DNA of 64,000 nt from Candidatus Woesearchaeota archaeon (GTDB lineage: Archaea; Nanobdellota; Nanobdellia; Woesearchaeales; UBA583), in assembly GCA_965205335.1 (NCBI GenBank), contig OZ242164.1:1056001-1120000 (forward strand). The letters are read 5' to 3'. A program made the translations under genes and the position numbers. The first letter of the stretch is position 1. The number at the start of each line of letters is the position of its first letter. Shown piece after piece: positions 38,897 to 47,705 of the stretch. The notes under the pieces are model-generated. The model worked only from the letters and a program-made list of their open reading frames with translations, ran no database searches and was not told where the DNA came from.

Positions 38897-39588
38897 CCTT
38901 CTTGCTTTTGCTCTTCTACATTAAGTTTTTCTGTTTCTTCTTCTTTATCTACTTTTTGGTTTTCCTCTTCAACATTGCGAGAAATTGAAGTATCTTCAAT
39001 ATATATAACTTTATCAGGAAGTGGAGTATCTGCAAGCATTATTTGTACTTTAACACCAACAACACCTGTTTTTAGAGTTACACTTTCCTGAGCTTTATCA
39101 ACTAAGTAATCACTTATGTAACCTGTTTTCTTTAAGTATCCTTTGTGAAATCTCCATGATTTGGCTCTTGATGAGGGCAGTTTTCCTGAGATTTTTATCT
39201 CACATCCAATAGCACCTGCATTCATAACGTTAGTTAAAGCTTTAAATCCTGATAATTTGAATTTCTGTGAGCCAAAATTTGCAAGGTTATTGGCAATCAC
39301 TTTAGCAACCAAAGGGGCTGACAGATATAAATCTTTAACTTCACCAATTTTAATCTGAGGGTTTTCAAATTTAAAATTATTCTTTAATGTGGATGTCAGT
39401 TTGCGGATATTTGAACCTTGTCGTCCAATTACAAGTCCAGGGGTTGAAGTGTAAACTATAATTCTCTCGCCAAGAGGAGTTCTCTCAAATTTCACTTCCT
39501 TAACTGCAACATCTCTAAGTTCCCCTCTAATAAAGGAATCAACTTTAAATTCAATAAATCTATCTTTTAATACTTTTCTTTCTATCAT
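38893..39588 (-). CDS. rps3p: 30S ribosomal protein S3 (uS3)
   Basis: RTPLG, PGLVIGR.G, G.EI.ISGK, K.GV.GVKV. Confidence 0.97.
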   Translation of the reverse strand: MIERKVLKDRFIEFKVDSFIRGELRDVAVKEVKFERTPLGERIIVYTSTPGLVIGRQGSNIRKLTSTLKNNFKFENPQIKIGEVKDLYLSAPLVAKVIANNLANFGSQKFKLSGFKALTNVMNAGAIGCEIKISGKLPSSRAKSWRFHKGYLKKTGYISDYLVDKAQESVTLKTGVVGVKVQIMLADTPLPDKVIYIEDTSISRNVEEENQKVDKEEETEKLNVEEQKQEG

Positions 39589-40085
39589 TTTTGATCCTTA
39601 GCCTCTATTTTATTTGTATCTGTTTTTTTAACAGTTTTCTTGTTTTCTTTTATCCCAACAATTATTTCAACATTAGTTGATTTCATTTTTCTTCCGGAGT
39701 ATCTTCCATAATGGTATCTTGAAACTCCTTTTCTGCATGATGCTGATGTAATATATAAGTCATCTCCCAATTCTCTCTCTTCAGCATTTTTCTGAGCTGA
39801 TTTAATGAGTTTTAGAAGTTCTGTTGCAACATTTTTAGGGTATCCTCCAGTATCAATACCTTTTCCTCTTTTGTGAGCTACTTCTTGCTTGTATCTTGTA
39901 TATGAAACTACTGCCTCTTGCTTAGTCACTTTTTCAAGAAAGTCAATTGCAGTTTTTAGTTTTTTTCCTTTAATTGCTTTGCAAACTTCAACAGTTTTCT
40001 TTAGAGAAATTTTTAAATTATTTCCTGATGCTCTTGCCATAATGATTTTATCGTAGTTTTGGTATGAATATTTGTAGTTTGCCAT
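39585..40085 (-). CDS. rpl22p: 50S ribosomal protein L22 (uL22)
   Basis: ISLK...EVC.AIKG, G.YP, A.KNAE. Confidence 0.95.
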   Translation of the reverse strand: MANYKYSYQNYDKIIMARASGNNLKISLKKTVEVCKAIKGKKLKTAIDFLEKVTKQEAVVSYTRYKQEVAHKRGKGIDTGGYPKNVATELLKLIKSAQKNAEERELGDDLYITSASCRKGVSRYHYGRYSGRKMKSTNVEIIVGIKENKKTVKKTDTNKIEAKDQK

Positions 40086-40089
40086 TTAT

Positions 40090-40464
40090 TTATTTCCTCA
40101 CTTCAGTTTTTTTAACTCCACCGCTTGAATGCTGAATTCCTATTTTTCTTGTAGGTGCCATCTCCCCAAGTCTTAATCCAAGCATTTCGTCTGCAATCTG
40201 AACTGGAATAAATTTCTTTCCATTGTAGATTCCAACTCTTACGCCAACCATCTCAGGCAGAACAATCATATCCCGACAATGCGTTTTTATATTTTTTTCT
40301 TTGTTTCTTAGTTTTTTTAAGAGTTTGTTCTCCTGCTCTGTAAAACCTCTTTTAATTTTTCTTCTTACATTTGAGTCAACTAGTTTGCTAAATTCTTCTA
40401 ATGAGAGAGATTTAAGTTCTTCTATTGTTTTTCCATGAAATTTAAATATTTTGTCCTGAACCAT
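40090..40464 (-). CDS. rps19p: 30S ribosomal protein S19 (uS19)
   Basis: KTHCRDM.VLPEMVG, YNGK.F, M.G.RLGE. Confidence 0.96.
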   Translation of the reverse strand: MVQDKIFKFHGKTIEELKSLSLEEFSKLVDSNVRRKIKRGFTEQENKLLKKLRNKEKNIKTHCRDMIVLPEMVGVRVGIYNGKKFIPVQIADEMLGLRLGEMAPTRKIGIQHSSGGVKKTEVRK

Positions 40465-40466
40465 TT

Positions 40467-41198
40467 TTACTTGTTTCTCCCTGTGTGTCTTGGTCTCACC
40501 ATTCCAACTTTTCTACCTGGTGGCGCGTTATGCGGAGCAATTGTAGGCCTTCCTTTTCTAAGGGATCTTGTTGAACCATGCGGATGGTCGTAAGCACTCA
40601 TTGAAACTCCTGATACTTTGGGATATAACTTATTTTTCTTTTTCATTGCCATAAATTTTGAGCCTGCTTTTAGGAATGGTTTTTCTAATCTTCCTCCCCC
40701 TCCTATCTGCCCGACAAATGCCCTGCATTCTCCTTTAAGGAATTTTTCTTTTTTTGATGGAAGCAGGATTTTAGTTATACCTTTCTGATGTAAAACAACT
40801 GTTGCAAATGAACCTGATGATTTGACAAGTCTTCCAGAATCACCAGAGATAAGTTCAATGTTAAAAACCTGTGTTCCTTCGGGAATGTTTTTTAGCATGT
40901 ACGCATTTCCTATTTTTATGTCTTCTTTTTTAACTTTTTCCCTTTGGTTTATTAGAATTTCTTTTCCAATATAAGCACTTTCAAATGATGGGATTAGGGC
41001 TTCTTTTCCATTTTCATATTTTATTTTAAGTAATGGTGCACTATGTCCTTTTGAATGAACTACATCAATGATTTTACCTTTAATTACATCATCCTTTGGG
41101 TAAGCGTTATATGATAGTTTGCCTGCAAATCTAAATGAGTGTGATCTGTATGTTGAGGTTCCTCTTCCTCTTCTTTGTTGTATTATTCTTTTTCCCAT
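40467..41198 (-). CDS. rpl2p: 50S ribosomal protein L2 (uL2)
   Basis: MGKRI..QRRGRG, GGR.EKP..KAG, DHPHG, APPGRKVG. Confidence 0.97.
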   Translation of the reverse strand: MGKRIIQQRRGRGTSTYRSHSFRFAGKLSYNAYPKDDVIKGKIIDVVHSKGHSAPLLKIKYENGKEALIPSFESAYIGKEILINQREKVKKEDIKIGNAYMLKNIPEGTQVFNIELISGDSGRLVKSSGSFATVVLHQKGITKILLPSKKEKFLKGECRAFVGQIGGGGRLEKPFLKAGSKFMAMKKKNKLYPKVSGVSMSAYDHPHGSTRSLRKGRPTIAPHNAPPGRKVGMVRPRHTGRNK

Positions 41199-41201
41199 TT
41201 T

Positions 41202-41510
41202 TTATACTAAGCCTAATTCAGATGATAAGTCTGATGCACCCCCATCCTGCATGAAAGTTACAATTGCTCTTTTGTTGCCGTTAATGTTATTGACTGTGTT
41301 GACTCTTTTTACTTTTTTGCCAAGTTCATTTTCTATTAAGAGTTTTATAACAGGTTTTGAAACTTCCCTTGCTACTTCAAATGTTAGTTTGTTTTCAAAT
41401 TCAATCATTCTTGTTGCTTTTTCGGTAACTATTACTCTTTTAAATGTGTCATAGAATTGTTTTGATAATTCTTTTTTGAAGGTGTCATCGGAATTGGTTT
41501 CTTTTGCCAT
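41202..41510 (-). CDS. rpl23p: 50S ribosomal protein L23 (uL23)
   Basis: TEKA...IE.ENKL.F.V, VNT, G.K.A.V. Confidence 0.95.
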   Translation of the reverse strand: MAKETNSDDTFKKELSKQFYDTFKRVIVTEKATRMIEFENKLTFEVAREVSKPVIKLLIENELGKKVKRVNTVNNINGNKRAIVTFMQDGGASDLSSELGLV

Positions 41511-41511
41511 T

Positions 41512-42366
41512 TTATTGTTTTAACTCCTCCTTTGAATTTTCTTTTGTAGTTTTGTTTTGAGAATCTGCAAGGAATGTGTCTGTAAATTCTTTCGCACCTT
41601 CTAATGTGAATAAGACTGCTCTTCCTGATTTTTCACTCATACCAAAATCTGATACTATTAGTGAATTTGCAGGTATAACATCTAAGCCTAAGATATTTCT
41701 TGCGGATTTGTTTAGCACTTTATCCATTGAAGATGTGACAATTAAAGGTCCTCTTTTTGTTTTGTATGTTCTGTTTCTCATTGTTCCTCTCCCTGCTCTG
41801 ATTTTTCTTGTAGAGGTTCTTTTAATTTCTTCACTAAATCCTAATTTGTTAAGTAAGTCTTTGATTTCTTTTGTTTTGGTTATATCTTCAATTTTTGAAT
41901 CTAATATGAATGGGTAATTCTGAGGGACTTTCTGTCCGTTTGCGCAAACTAAATCCCTGTTTAATGATGCCATAAATCCTGTCAGAATTGCAAGATTCCA
42001 CTCTTTATTGTTTATGTTCTTTGTGATGTTTTTTTCTGATCTTGGGGCGTGAGCTTTTCTTCCTCCAACAGTCATGCCTGCAAAAGCACCTACAAATCTG
42101 TGTTGCATTCCTCTTGACCACATTGCTTTTTTAGGTGTTCTTGATGCACCTCTACCATATGTGGATCTATATCTTTTTCTTCTTTTTGAAACGTTGATAG
42201 AACTTCTTTTACCTGCAAGAGGATCTGCTCCTTTCTCCTGCCTAAATAAACTAAATTCTGAGAGAACTGCTTTTTTGAATATATCGTCACGAATTGTACA
42301 AACTGGCATTTCAAATGTAAAATCCCCAATTTCTTTTCCTGTTTTGTCTATTATTTGCACTTTCAT
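41512..42366 (-). CDS. rpl4p: 50S ribosomal protein L4 (uL4)
   Basis: GADP.AG, GRG.SR.P, VGGR.AH.P, KIRAG.G.MR.R. Confidence 0.96.
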   Translation of the reverse strand: MKVQIIDKTGKEIGDFTFEMPVCTIRDDIFKKAVLSEFSLFRQEKGADPLAGKRSSINVSKRRKRYRSTYGRGASRTPKKAMWSRGMQHRFVGAFAGMTVGGRKAHAPRSEKNITKNINNKEWNLAILTGFMASLNRDLVCANGQKVPQNYPFILDSKIEDITKTKEIKDLLNKLGFSEEIKRTSTRKIRAGRGTMRNRTYKTKRGPLIVTSSMDKVLNKSARNILGLDVIPANSLIVSDFGMSEKSGRAVLFTLEGAKEFTDTFLADSQNKTTKENSKEELKQ

Positions 42367-43364
42367 TTTCTAATATATGTAATTTGAGGTGATATTTTTG
42401 GGTATCTCTTATTTGGCCTTGATGCTCTTGTCAGAGTGATTAGTCTTTTTTTAGGACCTTGAATACTTCCCTTAACTAAGAGATATTCATTTTTAATTAT
42501 GCCGTATGCTCTAAACCCTCCTGTTCTGTTGATTTCTTCCGGATTGTTCGATACTTTTAGTATCCATTTGTTCCATTCAGTTCTGCGATGGAAACCATGC
42601 TGACCCGGTAATGGGATTGTTGTCAGAACTCTTGACGGGGTCCATGCTCCAACGTTTCCTGCATGTCTTCTTGTTTTTTCTGATTTGTGTGATGTTAGTT
42701 TTACACCAAATCTTTTAACTGCACCTGAAAATCCCTTGCCTGTTGTTATTGCATGAGTGTCAACTGATGTTCCTGCGGATAGAACCTCTGATGCTTTTAT
42801 TTCAGCACCTAATTTGGATAATGCAAATGTAATTTGCTCTGATAAATCTCCGCTAATTGCAAGTTCTAAGACTTCTGGCTTCTTTTTACCGATGGTTGTC
42901 AGGCTCGGGGTTGTTACAATTTTAACTCTTAATTCTTTTATGTCATTTTCTTCAGCAAATTTAATTAATTCATCAGATGATGGAATTTTTGAGTCTTTTT
43001 TGTATAAGTCTAATTTTCTTGCTAAGTTTTTGTCTTTTAAGTTTGTGGATATTTCTTTTTTTATTTGCAGGTTTCCATAGTCATCAAGTCCTAATAGTTT
43101 GATGCTTAGAATTTTAACTGGAGGGGCTTCAAGTATTGTAACTCCTAAATCAATCTCAGTTCCTTTTGTTAAGGTATGTGAAAAATTATCTATTACTCCA
43201 ATATTTGTCATGCCAACTTTGTACGCTGGAAATCCTAAGAAATTAGTCTCTTTTGGGAGAGATTTAACTGATTCCCAACTATTTATTACTGCTGTATGCT
43301 TTTTAGCCCTAACTCTAGGCCAGTAAGCCTTACTGCCTCTTTTTCTTGTACTTCTGCTTGCCAT
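42363..43364 (-). CDS. rpl3p: 50S ribosomal protein L3 (uL3)
   Basis: PR.RA, YKVGMT, GKGF.G.VKRFG, PGQ.GFH.RTE.NK. Confidence 0.97.
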   Translation of the reverse strand: MASRSTRKRGSKAYWPRVRAKKHTAVINSWESVKSLPKETNFLGFPAYKVGMTNIGVIDNFSHTLTKGTEIDLGVTILEAPPVKILSIKLLGLDDYGNLQIKKEISTNLKDKNLARKLDLYKKDSKIPSSDELIKFAEENDIKELRVKIVTTPSLTTIGKKKPEVLELAISGDLSEQITFALSKLGAEIKASEVLSAGTSVDTHAITTGKGFSGAVKRFGVKLTSHKSEKTRRHAGNVGAWTPSRVLTTIPLPGQHGFHRRTEWNKWILKVSNNPEEINRTGGFRAYGIIKNEYLLVKGSIQGPKKRLITLTRASRPNKRYPKISPQITYIRK

Positions 43365-43509
43365 TCTTTAAACGCAATTGCCTGCACAGGTTACATTTGC
43401 TGTATTGCCTTCACAGGATTACTTTTAACTCTAAATTATATTTAAAAGAGTACTGTAATAAGAAAAAGTAATTTAGTTTGGTTTTTAAAGGTTGGGGTAA
43501 TTCGAGTGT

Positions 43510-43956
43510 TTAGTTAAGGTTGGTGTCATATTGTAATTGTTTGTTTTCAATGTTTTTTAGTCTGTGTAGTATGTCTTTGTTTTCTGATATGAATTTTCTC
43601 ATTTCTACAAATGCATTTATTATCTGAATGCTTATTTTGATTGCGGTTTTGCTGTGAAGTGCTGCTGAGAGCATTGAGACACCCTGTTCTGTGAAAGCGT
43701 AAGGCAGGTATTTCCTATATTTTCCTTTCCCTTTTTCTAAGGTTGCAATTTGTGACCTTAAAGAATCATACTCTTCTTGAGTTAGTTGAAACATAAATTC
43801 TTTAGGAAACCTCTCACTGTTTCTTTTGACTTGTTGATTTAATCTTTTTACTTCTACTTGGTAAAATTCAGCTAAATCAGAATCAAGCATGACTTGAACT
43901 CCTCTAATAATATGAATTTTATTTTCTATGTTTTTAATTAAGACAGTTTTTTCCAT
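43510..43956 (-). CDS. ORF6N-domain DNA-binding protein (possibly C-terminally truncated)
   Basis: IRG.QVMLDSDLA..Y, VKRN.ERFP..FMFQL, PYAFTEQGV.MLS. Confidence 0.9.
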   Translation of the reverse strand: MEKTVLIKNIENKIHIIRGVQVMLDSDLAEFYQVEVKRLNQQVKRNSERFPKEFMFQLTQEEYDSLRSQIATLEKGKGKYRKYLPYAFTEQGVSMLSAALHSKTAIKISIQIINAFVEMRKFISENKDILHRLKNIENKQLQYDTNLN

Positions 43957-44044
43957 TCTGTTTTTATATCTCTACTCTTATTATTACTTATAAGATTTTT
44001 TAGAGAGTTTTTCAAAATTATTAAGAATTTGAATAATAACTCGG

Positions 44045-45667
44045 TTAAATTTGATTCATCAGGTTTAGGACTTTTTCTTTGTTTTCTATTATGAAAGTGC
44101 TTAGTTTTGGACCTTTGTCTTTGCCAATTATTAGTCTGTACATTATTTTAAAGAAATGAATTGTATCAAGGTTATGGGTTGTTGCGATTTCTCTAAATTT
44201 AGACATCATTTCATTTGAATCGTCAGTTATTTCAAGTTCTTTTTTGAGTCTTGTTATTGCATCTTTTTCATTTTTTTTGAGATTGTTTATGTAGTCCTCT
44301 GGAACAATTTGATGAATTTTAAATTTCATTTCGTCTGGAGCGTAATCCCAAAGCCAGTTTTTAGCACATTGGGTTCTTTGTTCTAATCTTATGTTGTCAA
44401 ATTGAGTTTTTAGTTCATCTTTAAAGTGTTCTTTGATTTTATCAATATTAAAGTCATTTGCCTGAGCAACTGTTGTTAGATGTCTAAAACTTGGCTGGAA
44501 TGGACATTCTTTCTGGATTTTATCACCATTAATCGCTGAAAGTTCATAAACTCTTTTTAGTGTGGCAAGTTTTTTTTGGTTTTTTTCTTTCTCTAATCCG
44601 TAATATATTCTTTCAAGTTTGTCAAAGTCTTCGTAGATTTTTATTACGTCCAAGTCAAATGAGATGTCAAATTCAGAGTTTGGTCTTGAACCTGCAAATA
44701 AGTATAAGACCATTTGAGGAGTGTAGACCTCCAAGACATCGCAAACTCTAAGAGCGTTTCCTTTTGAGGATGATATTTTTCCTCCCTGTCCTTTGATTCT
44801 GACAAAGTCATACATTGTATATACTGGTGGTTCACGTTCAAAGATTTGTCTGATTATTTCACAGCCTGTTGTGTATGAACTGCCAGCAGTTGAATGGTCT
44901 TTTCCCCCCGGTTCAAAGTTTACTTTGTAATAGTCCCACCTCATAGGCCAGTCTGCTTTCCATCTTAGTTTTACTCTTGGGTTTTGTTTGAAGTTGATTT
45001 CTTTTTCTGTGCCTTTTTCGTTTGTGTAGGTTAAGGTGTATTCTCCGTCATATGAGATGATTTTGTTTGTGTCTTTTTTTGTTTCGTTGTCGTATATATC
45101 TATGGGCATCCAAGTGTTAGGCCGGGATTCATCTCTGTATTTGTTTAATGCATCAATTACTTTGTGTTTGTTATTTAGGACTTTTTTTATTGAGTTCGCA
45201 TATATTCCGCTTCGCTGGAGTTCATATTGGTTCTGAAAGCCAATCGGGAAGTTGAATACTGAGATTTCGTTTTCAAATGTTTTCATGAATTCTTCTGCAT
45301 AAGAACCTTCGCCAAATGGGTTTGGAACTTCTCCGTCCGGCATTCTAAGGTATTTTTCCCATTCTTCTGGAACATCACTTGGAACTTTTCTGAATGCATC
45401 GTATGAATCCCAAGAGTAGATGAATTTGACTTTTTCCCCTTTGTCAATAAGAGCACGTCTTACCATTTCAGTTGTGATTAGTTCTCGGAAGTTTCCAATG
45501 TGAATGTATCCGCTTGGAGTAATTCCCGAATATACTACATATTCTTTTTCATTGGGAAATTTATCTATTGTTCTTTGAGCTGAATTATCCGCCCAGTACA
45601 CGTTTTCAAATGATATTCCTTTTTTCATTTGATTTTGGTTCTTGTGATTCTTTTCTTTGCTTCTCAT
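44045..45667 (-). CDS. lysS: class I lysyl-tRNA synthetase (own starts at 45667 or 45628)
   Basis: WAD, SGITPSG..HIGNFRE, WKADWPMRW, FEPGGKDH, KISSSKG, GPKL..FI. Confidence 0.95.
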   Translation of the reverse strand: MRSKEKNHKNQNQMKKGISFENVYWADNSAQRTIDKFPNEKEYVVYSGITPSGYIHIGNFRELITTEMVRRALIDKGEKVKFIYSWDSYDAFRKVPSDVPEEWEKYLRMPDGEVPNPFGEGSYAEEFMKTFENEISVFNFPIGFQNQYELQRSGIYANSIKKVLNNKHKVIDALNKYRDESRPNTWMPIDIYDNETKKDTNKIISYDGEYTLTYTNEKGTEKEINFKQNPRVKLRWKADWPMRWDYYKVNFEPGGKDHSTAGSSYTTGCEIIRQIFEREPPVYTMYDFVRIKGQGGKISSSKGNALRVCDVLEVYTPQMVLYLFAGSRPNSEFDISFDLDVIKIYEDFDKLERIYYGLEKEKNQKKLATLKRVYELSAINGDKIQKECPFQPSFRHLTTVAQANDFNIDKIKEHFKDELKTQFDNIRLEQRTQCAKNWLWDYAPDEMKFKIHQIVPEDYINNLKKNEKDAITRLKKELEITDDSNEMMSKFREIATTHNLDTIHFFKIMYRLIIGKDKGPKLSTFIIENKEKVLNLMNQI

Positions 45668-46684
45668 TTTATTTCTTGGTTTTGTAATGTTTAAATATTC
45701 TTCTGCTATTTGTTTTAAATATTTATCTAATTTATGTATAAATTCATCTTCATCATTCAAGTGTGTAATTACTGTTTTTGATGGTATATGTAAACTCTTA
45801 TTAGGAAAATTATCTTTTAATGATAAGTTGTTAATTTCATTCACAATTTCATTTAAATTTTTTTGGTCTTTTATATCCTCTTTAATAAATCTCTTAATAT
45901 TTTCAATTATATTTTCGTATTGAAAAGGACTTGAGTCTAATTTTCTGAATATATTTTCTTTCTTTTGTTTGAAAATATTTTCGCTTTTATTAATTTTATA
46001 TAAATCAAACATATCTCTTGGTTTAAATTGCTCTCTTGTAATTGTTGCTCTTATTTTTTCTAATATTATCTCGTCTATTGAATATGCATTTAAAATAGGT
46101 TTCACTAAATTATAATTTGTAAGTGCTAATTCTGTTTTATCTAATGAATAATAATCAATAATATTTTTTATTTCAAGTTTATTCGGTTTATTTATTAAAT
46201 CTTCAAAAAATGATATTTCAATTTTGATAGGTGATTCAAGGTTAGAATAAATTGATTTATAATATAAGTTAAGAATGTATAATTTTCTGGAATTTATATC
46301 TCTGATGTATTTTTCATTTGTCCTGTCTTCTTCAAATTCTAATTTGGACATATCAGCTATTTTTTTGATTTCGCTAATAATCGGAATAACTCTCTTTTTA
46401 ATCTCTCTTTCTCTTCTATTTTTTGTTTGTGTTTCTCTTATTTTATTAGCGTCCTGATGAGTAAAATCCAAGTCCTCACTAATTCTATGGTATTTAAGAT
46501 AATTCTTGGTTAGTAATGTTCCTCCTTTAAATATCAACTTGTCTAAGTTCGGTGTTTCTTGCTTCGCCCAGTTCGATAAGAACAACGAGAGAACATAATC
46601 TTTTTCTAAAAAATCTTCTGAAATAGGAGCATGTATCTCTTTTTTTAGTTTATCAACATACAATCTAAGTTCCTTATTATTCAT
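44045..46684 (-). CDS. single ORF: AbiEii-family nucleotidyltransferase toxin fused in frame to class I lysyl-tRNA synthetase
   Basis: N-terminal EKDY, FKGGT.L, R.SEDLDF, KIEIS, EI..EK.RA, PRD.FDL; no stop before the LysRS region. Confidence 0.85.
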   Translation of the reverse strand: MNNKELRLYVDKLKKEIHAPISEDFLEKDYVLSLFLSNWAKQETPNLDKLIFKGGTLLTKNYLKYHRISEDLDFTHQDANKIRETQTKNRREREIKKRVIPIISEIKKIADMSKLEFEEDRTNEKYIRDINSRKLYILNLYYKSIYSNLESPIKIEISFFEDLINKPNKLEIKNIIDYYSLDKTELALTNYNLVKPILNAYSIDEIILEKIRATITREQFKPRDMFDLYKINKSENIFKQKKENIFRKLDSSPFQYENIIENIKRFIKEDIKDQKNLNEIVNEINNLSLKDNFPNKSLHIPSKTVITHLNDEDEFIHKLDKYLKQIAEEYLNITKPRNKMRSKEKNHKNQNQMKKGISFENVYWADNSAQRTIDKFPNEKEYVVYSGITPSGYIHIGNFRELITTEMVRRALIDKGEKVKFIYSWDSYDAFRKVPSDVPEEWEKYLRMPDGEVPNPFGEGSYAEEFMKTFENEISVFNFPIGFQNQYELQRSGIYANSIKKVLNNKHKVIDALNKYRDESRPNTWMPIDIYDNETKKDTNKIISYDGEYTLTYTNEKGTEKEINFKQNPRVKLRWKADWPMRWDYYKVNFEPGGKDHSTAGSSYTTGCEIIRQIFEREPPVYTMYDFVRIKGQGGKISSSKGNALRVCDVLEVYTPQMVLYLFAGSRPNSEFDISFDLDVIKIYEDFDKLERIYYGLEKEKNQKKLATLKRVYELSAINGDKIQKECPFQPSFRHLTTVAQANDFNIDKIKEHFKDELKTQFDNIRLEQRTQCAKNWLWDYAPDEMKFKIHQIVPEDYINNLKKNEKDAITRLKKELEITDDSNEMMSKFREIATTHNLDTIHFFKIMYRLIIGKDKGPKLSTFIIENKEKVLNLMNQI
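45665..45725 (-). repeat. 61-bp direct repeat, copy 1 (contains TATA-like box and lysS ATG)
   Basis: 58/61 identical to 47407-47467. Confidence 0.93.
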
Positions 46685-47315
46685 CTTTATATAACCCTTC
46701 TTTTACTTTCTTCTGAAATGTCTTTGGATAATCACTTAATATAGAAATTACTTTTGATTTGTCAATTGCTTTTTCTAATTCTATTGGTACTCTTTTTTTG
46801 AAATAAATAAAATCTAAATATATTTTCTCATTTAAACCGATATTCTGGGTTATTCTGTTTTTTGTTTTGTTTTGTTTGTAATTATCTTGTTTGTAATTGT
46901 TTATGTGCTGAGGTTTTGTTTTTTTGAAGTCAAATTTAGTTCTTATTATTGTTTTTTCTCCTGAGATTTTATTGTTGATAATGTTTATTTTCTTGTGAGC
47001 CTGCCATAATATGTTATTTAATTCTAAGCCTTTTTCAAGTGAAATATACCATTTTACATTTGATTTATTTAGAACACTAAACACTAACTCAGATGGATTG
47101 TATCTCAGTTGATTAAGTCTTCTTTCGTTATCCGATAGTATATAGTAATAGTTTTGGATTATAAATTTAATTTTTCTATTTTCTCTTAGTTTCTTTAGGT
47201 ATTTTTCAGGTTCGTCTTGCACTACATCACGAATTAGTTCAATTAATAATTTTTTTGAAACAATCTTTTCCTCCAAATTATCCAATTTAAAGTACAATAT
47301 GTATATTTCTTTCAT
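46677..47315 (-). CDS. AbiEi-family (type IV TA) antitoxin/regulator
   Basis: N-terminal wHTH-like region, WYISLEKGL, EK.YLD.IY; overlaps AbiEii start by 8 nt. Confidence 0.8.
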   Translation of the reverse strand: MKEIYILYFKLDNLEEKIVSKKLLIELIRDVVQDEPEKYLKKLRENRKIKFIIQNYYYILSDNERRLNQLRYNPSELVFSVLNKSNVKWYISLEKGLELNNILWQAHKKINIINNKISGEKTIIRTKFDFKKTKPQHINNYKQDNYKQNKTKNRITQNIGLNEKIYLDFIYFKKRVPIELEKAIDKSKVISILSDYPKTFQKKVKEGLYKDE

Positions 47316-47365
47316 TTTTATTAAATTTTATTTGGAAGCGTTTATTTATAAATATATTGCTCAGT

Positions 47366-47388
47366 ATTATTGATTTTTTATCAATAAT
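47366..47388. promoter_or_regulatory. inverted repeat upstream of abiEi, candidate autoregulatory operator
   Basis: ATTATTGAT-N5-ATCAATAAT next to TTTATAAA (47345-47352). Confidence 0.5.
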
Positions 47389-47406
47389 CAGAAATAATTT
47401 TTATAG

Positions 47407-47467
47407 CATTTTATTTCTTGATTCTGTAACGTTTAAATATTCTTCTGCTATTTGTTTTAAATATTTA
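47407..47467 (-). repeat. 61-bp direct repeat, copy 2
   Basis: Matches 45665-45725; its ATG is followed by CTA TAA. Confidence 0.93.
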
Positions 47468-47525
47468 ACTCCTATATAATCCTTATTTTACTTTGTTTTG
47501 AAATATCCTTTCGTAATTATCTAAC

Positions 47526-47705
47526 TTAACTTTTATATCCAAATTTTTTGTTATATGTCTTATGATCAACTATTGCAAGAATAAATGCAATTATCTCTAC
47601 CTCATTTCCTTTTATTGTATAAAGCAGTCTCCAAAAATTTGAAAGTTCAACTCTGTATAGATTTTCATATTGTGAATATTCCTTTGAAATACATTCTATT
47701 TTCAT
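47526..47705 (-). pseudogene. C-terminal half of a RelE-like toxin
   Basis: ISKEYSQYENLYRVELSNFWRLLYTIKGNEVEIIAFILAIVDHKTYNKKFGY*, same pattern as 30629-30974. Confidence 0.7.

Noticed and set aside
31496-43326. Plus-strand ORFs antisense to ribosomal protein genes
   Set aside because: Antisense shadows of conserved genes, with no motifs of their own.
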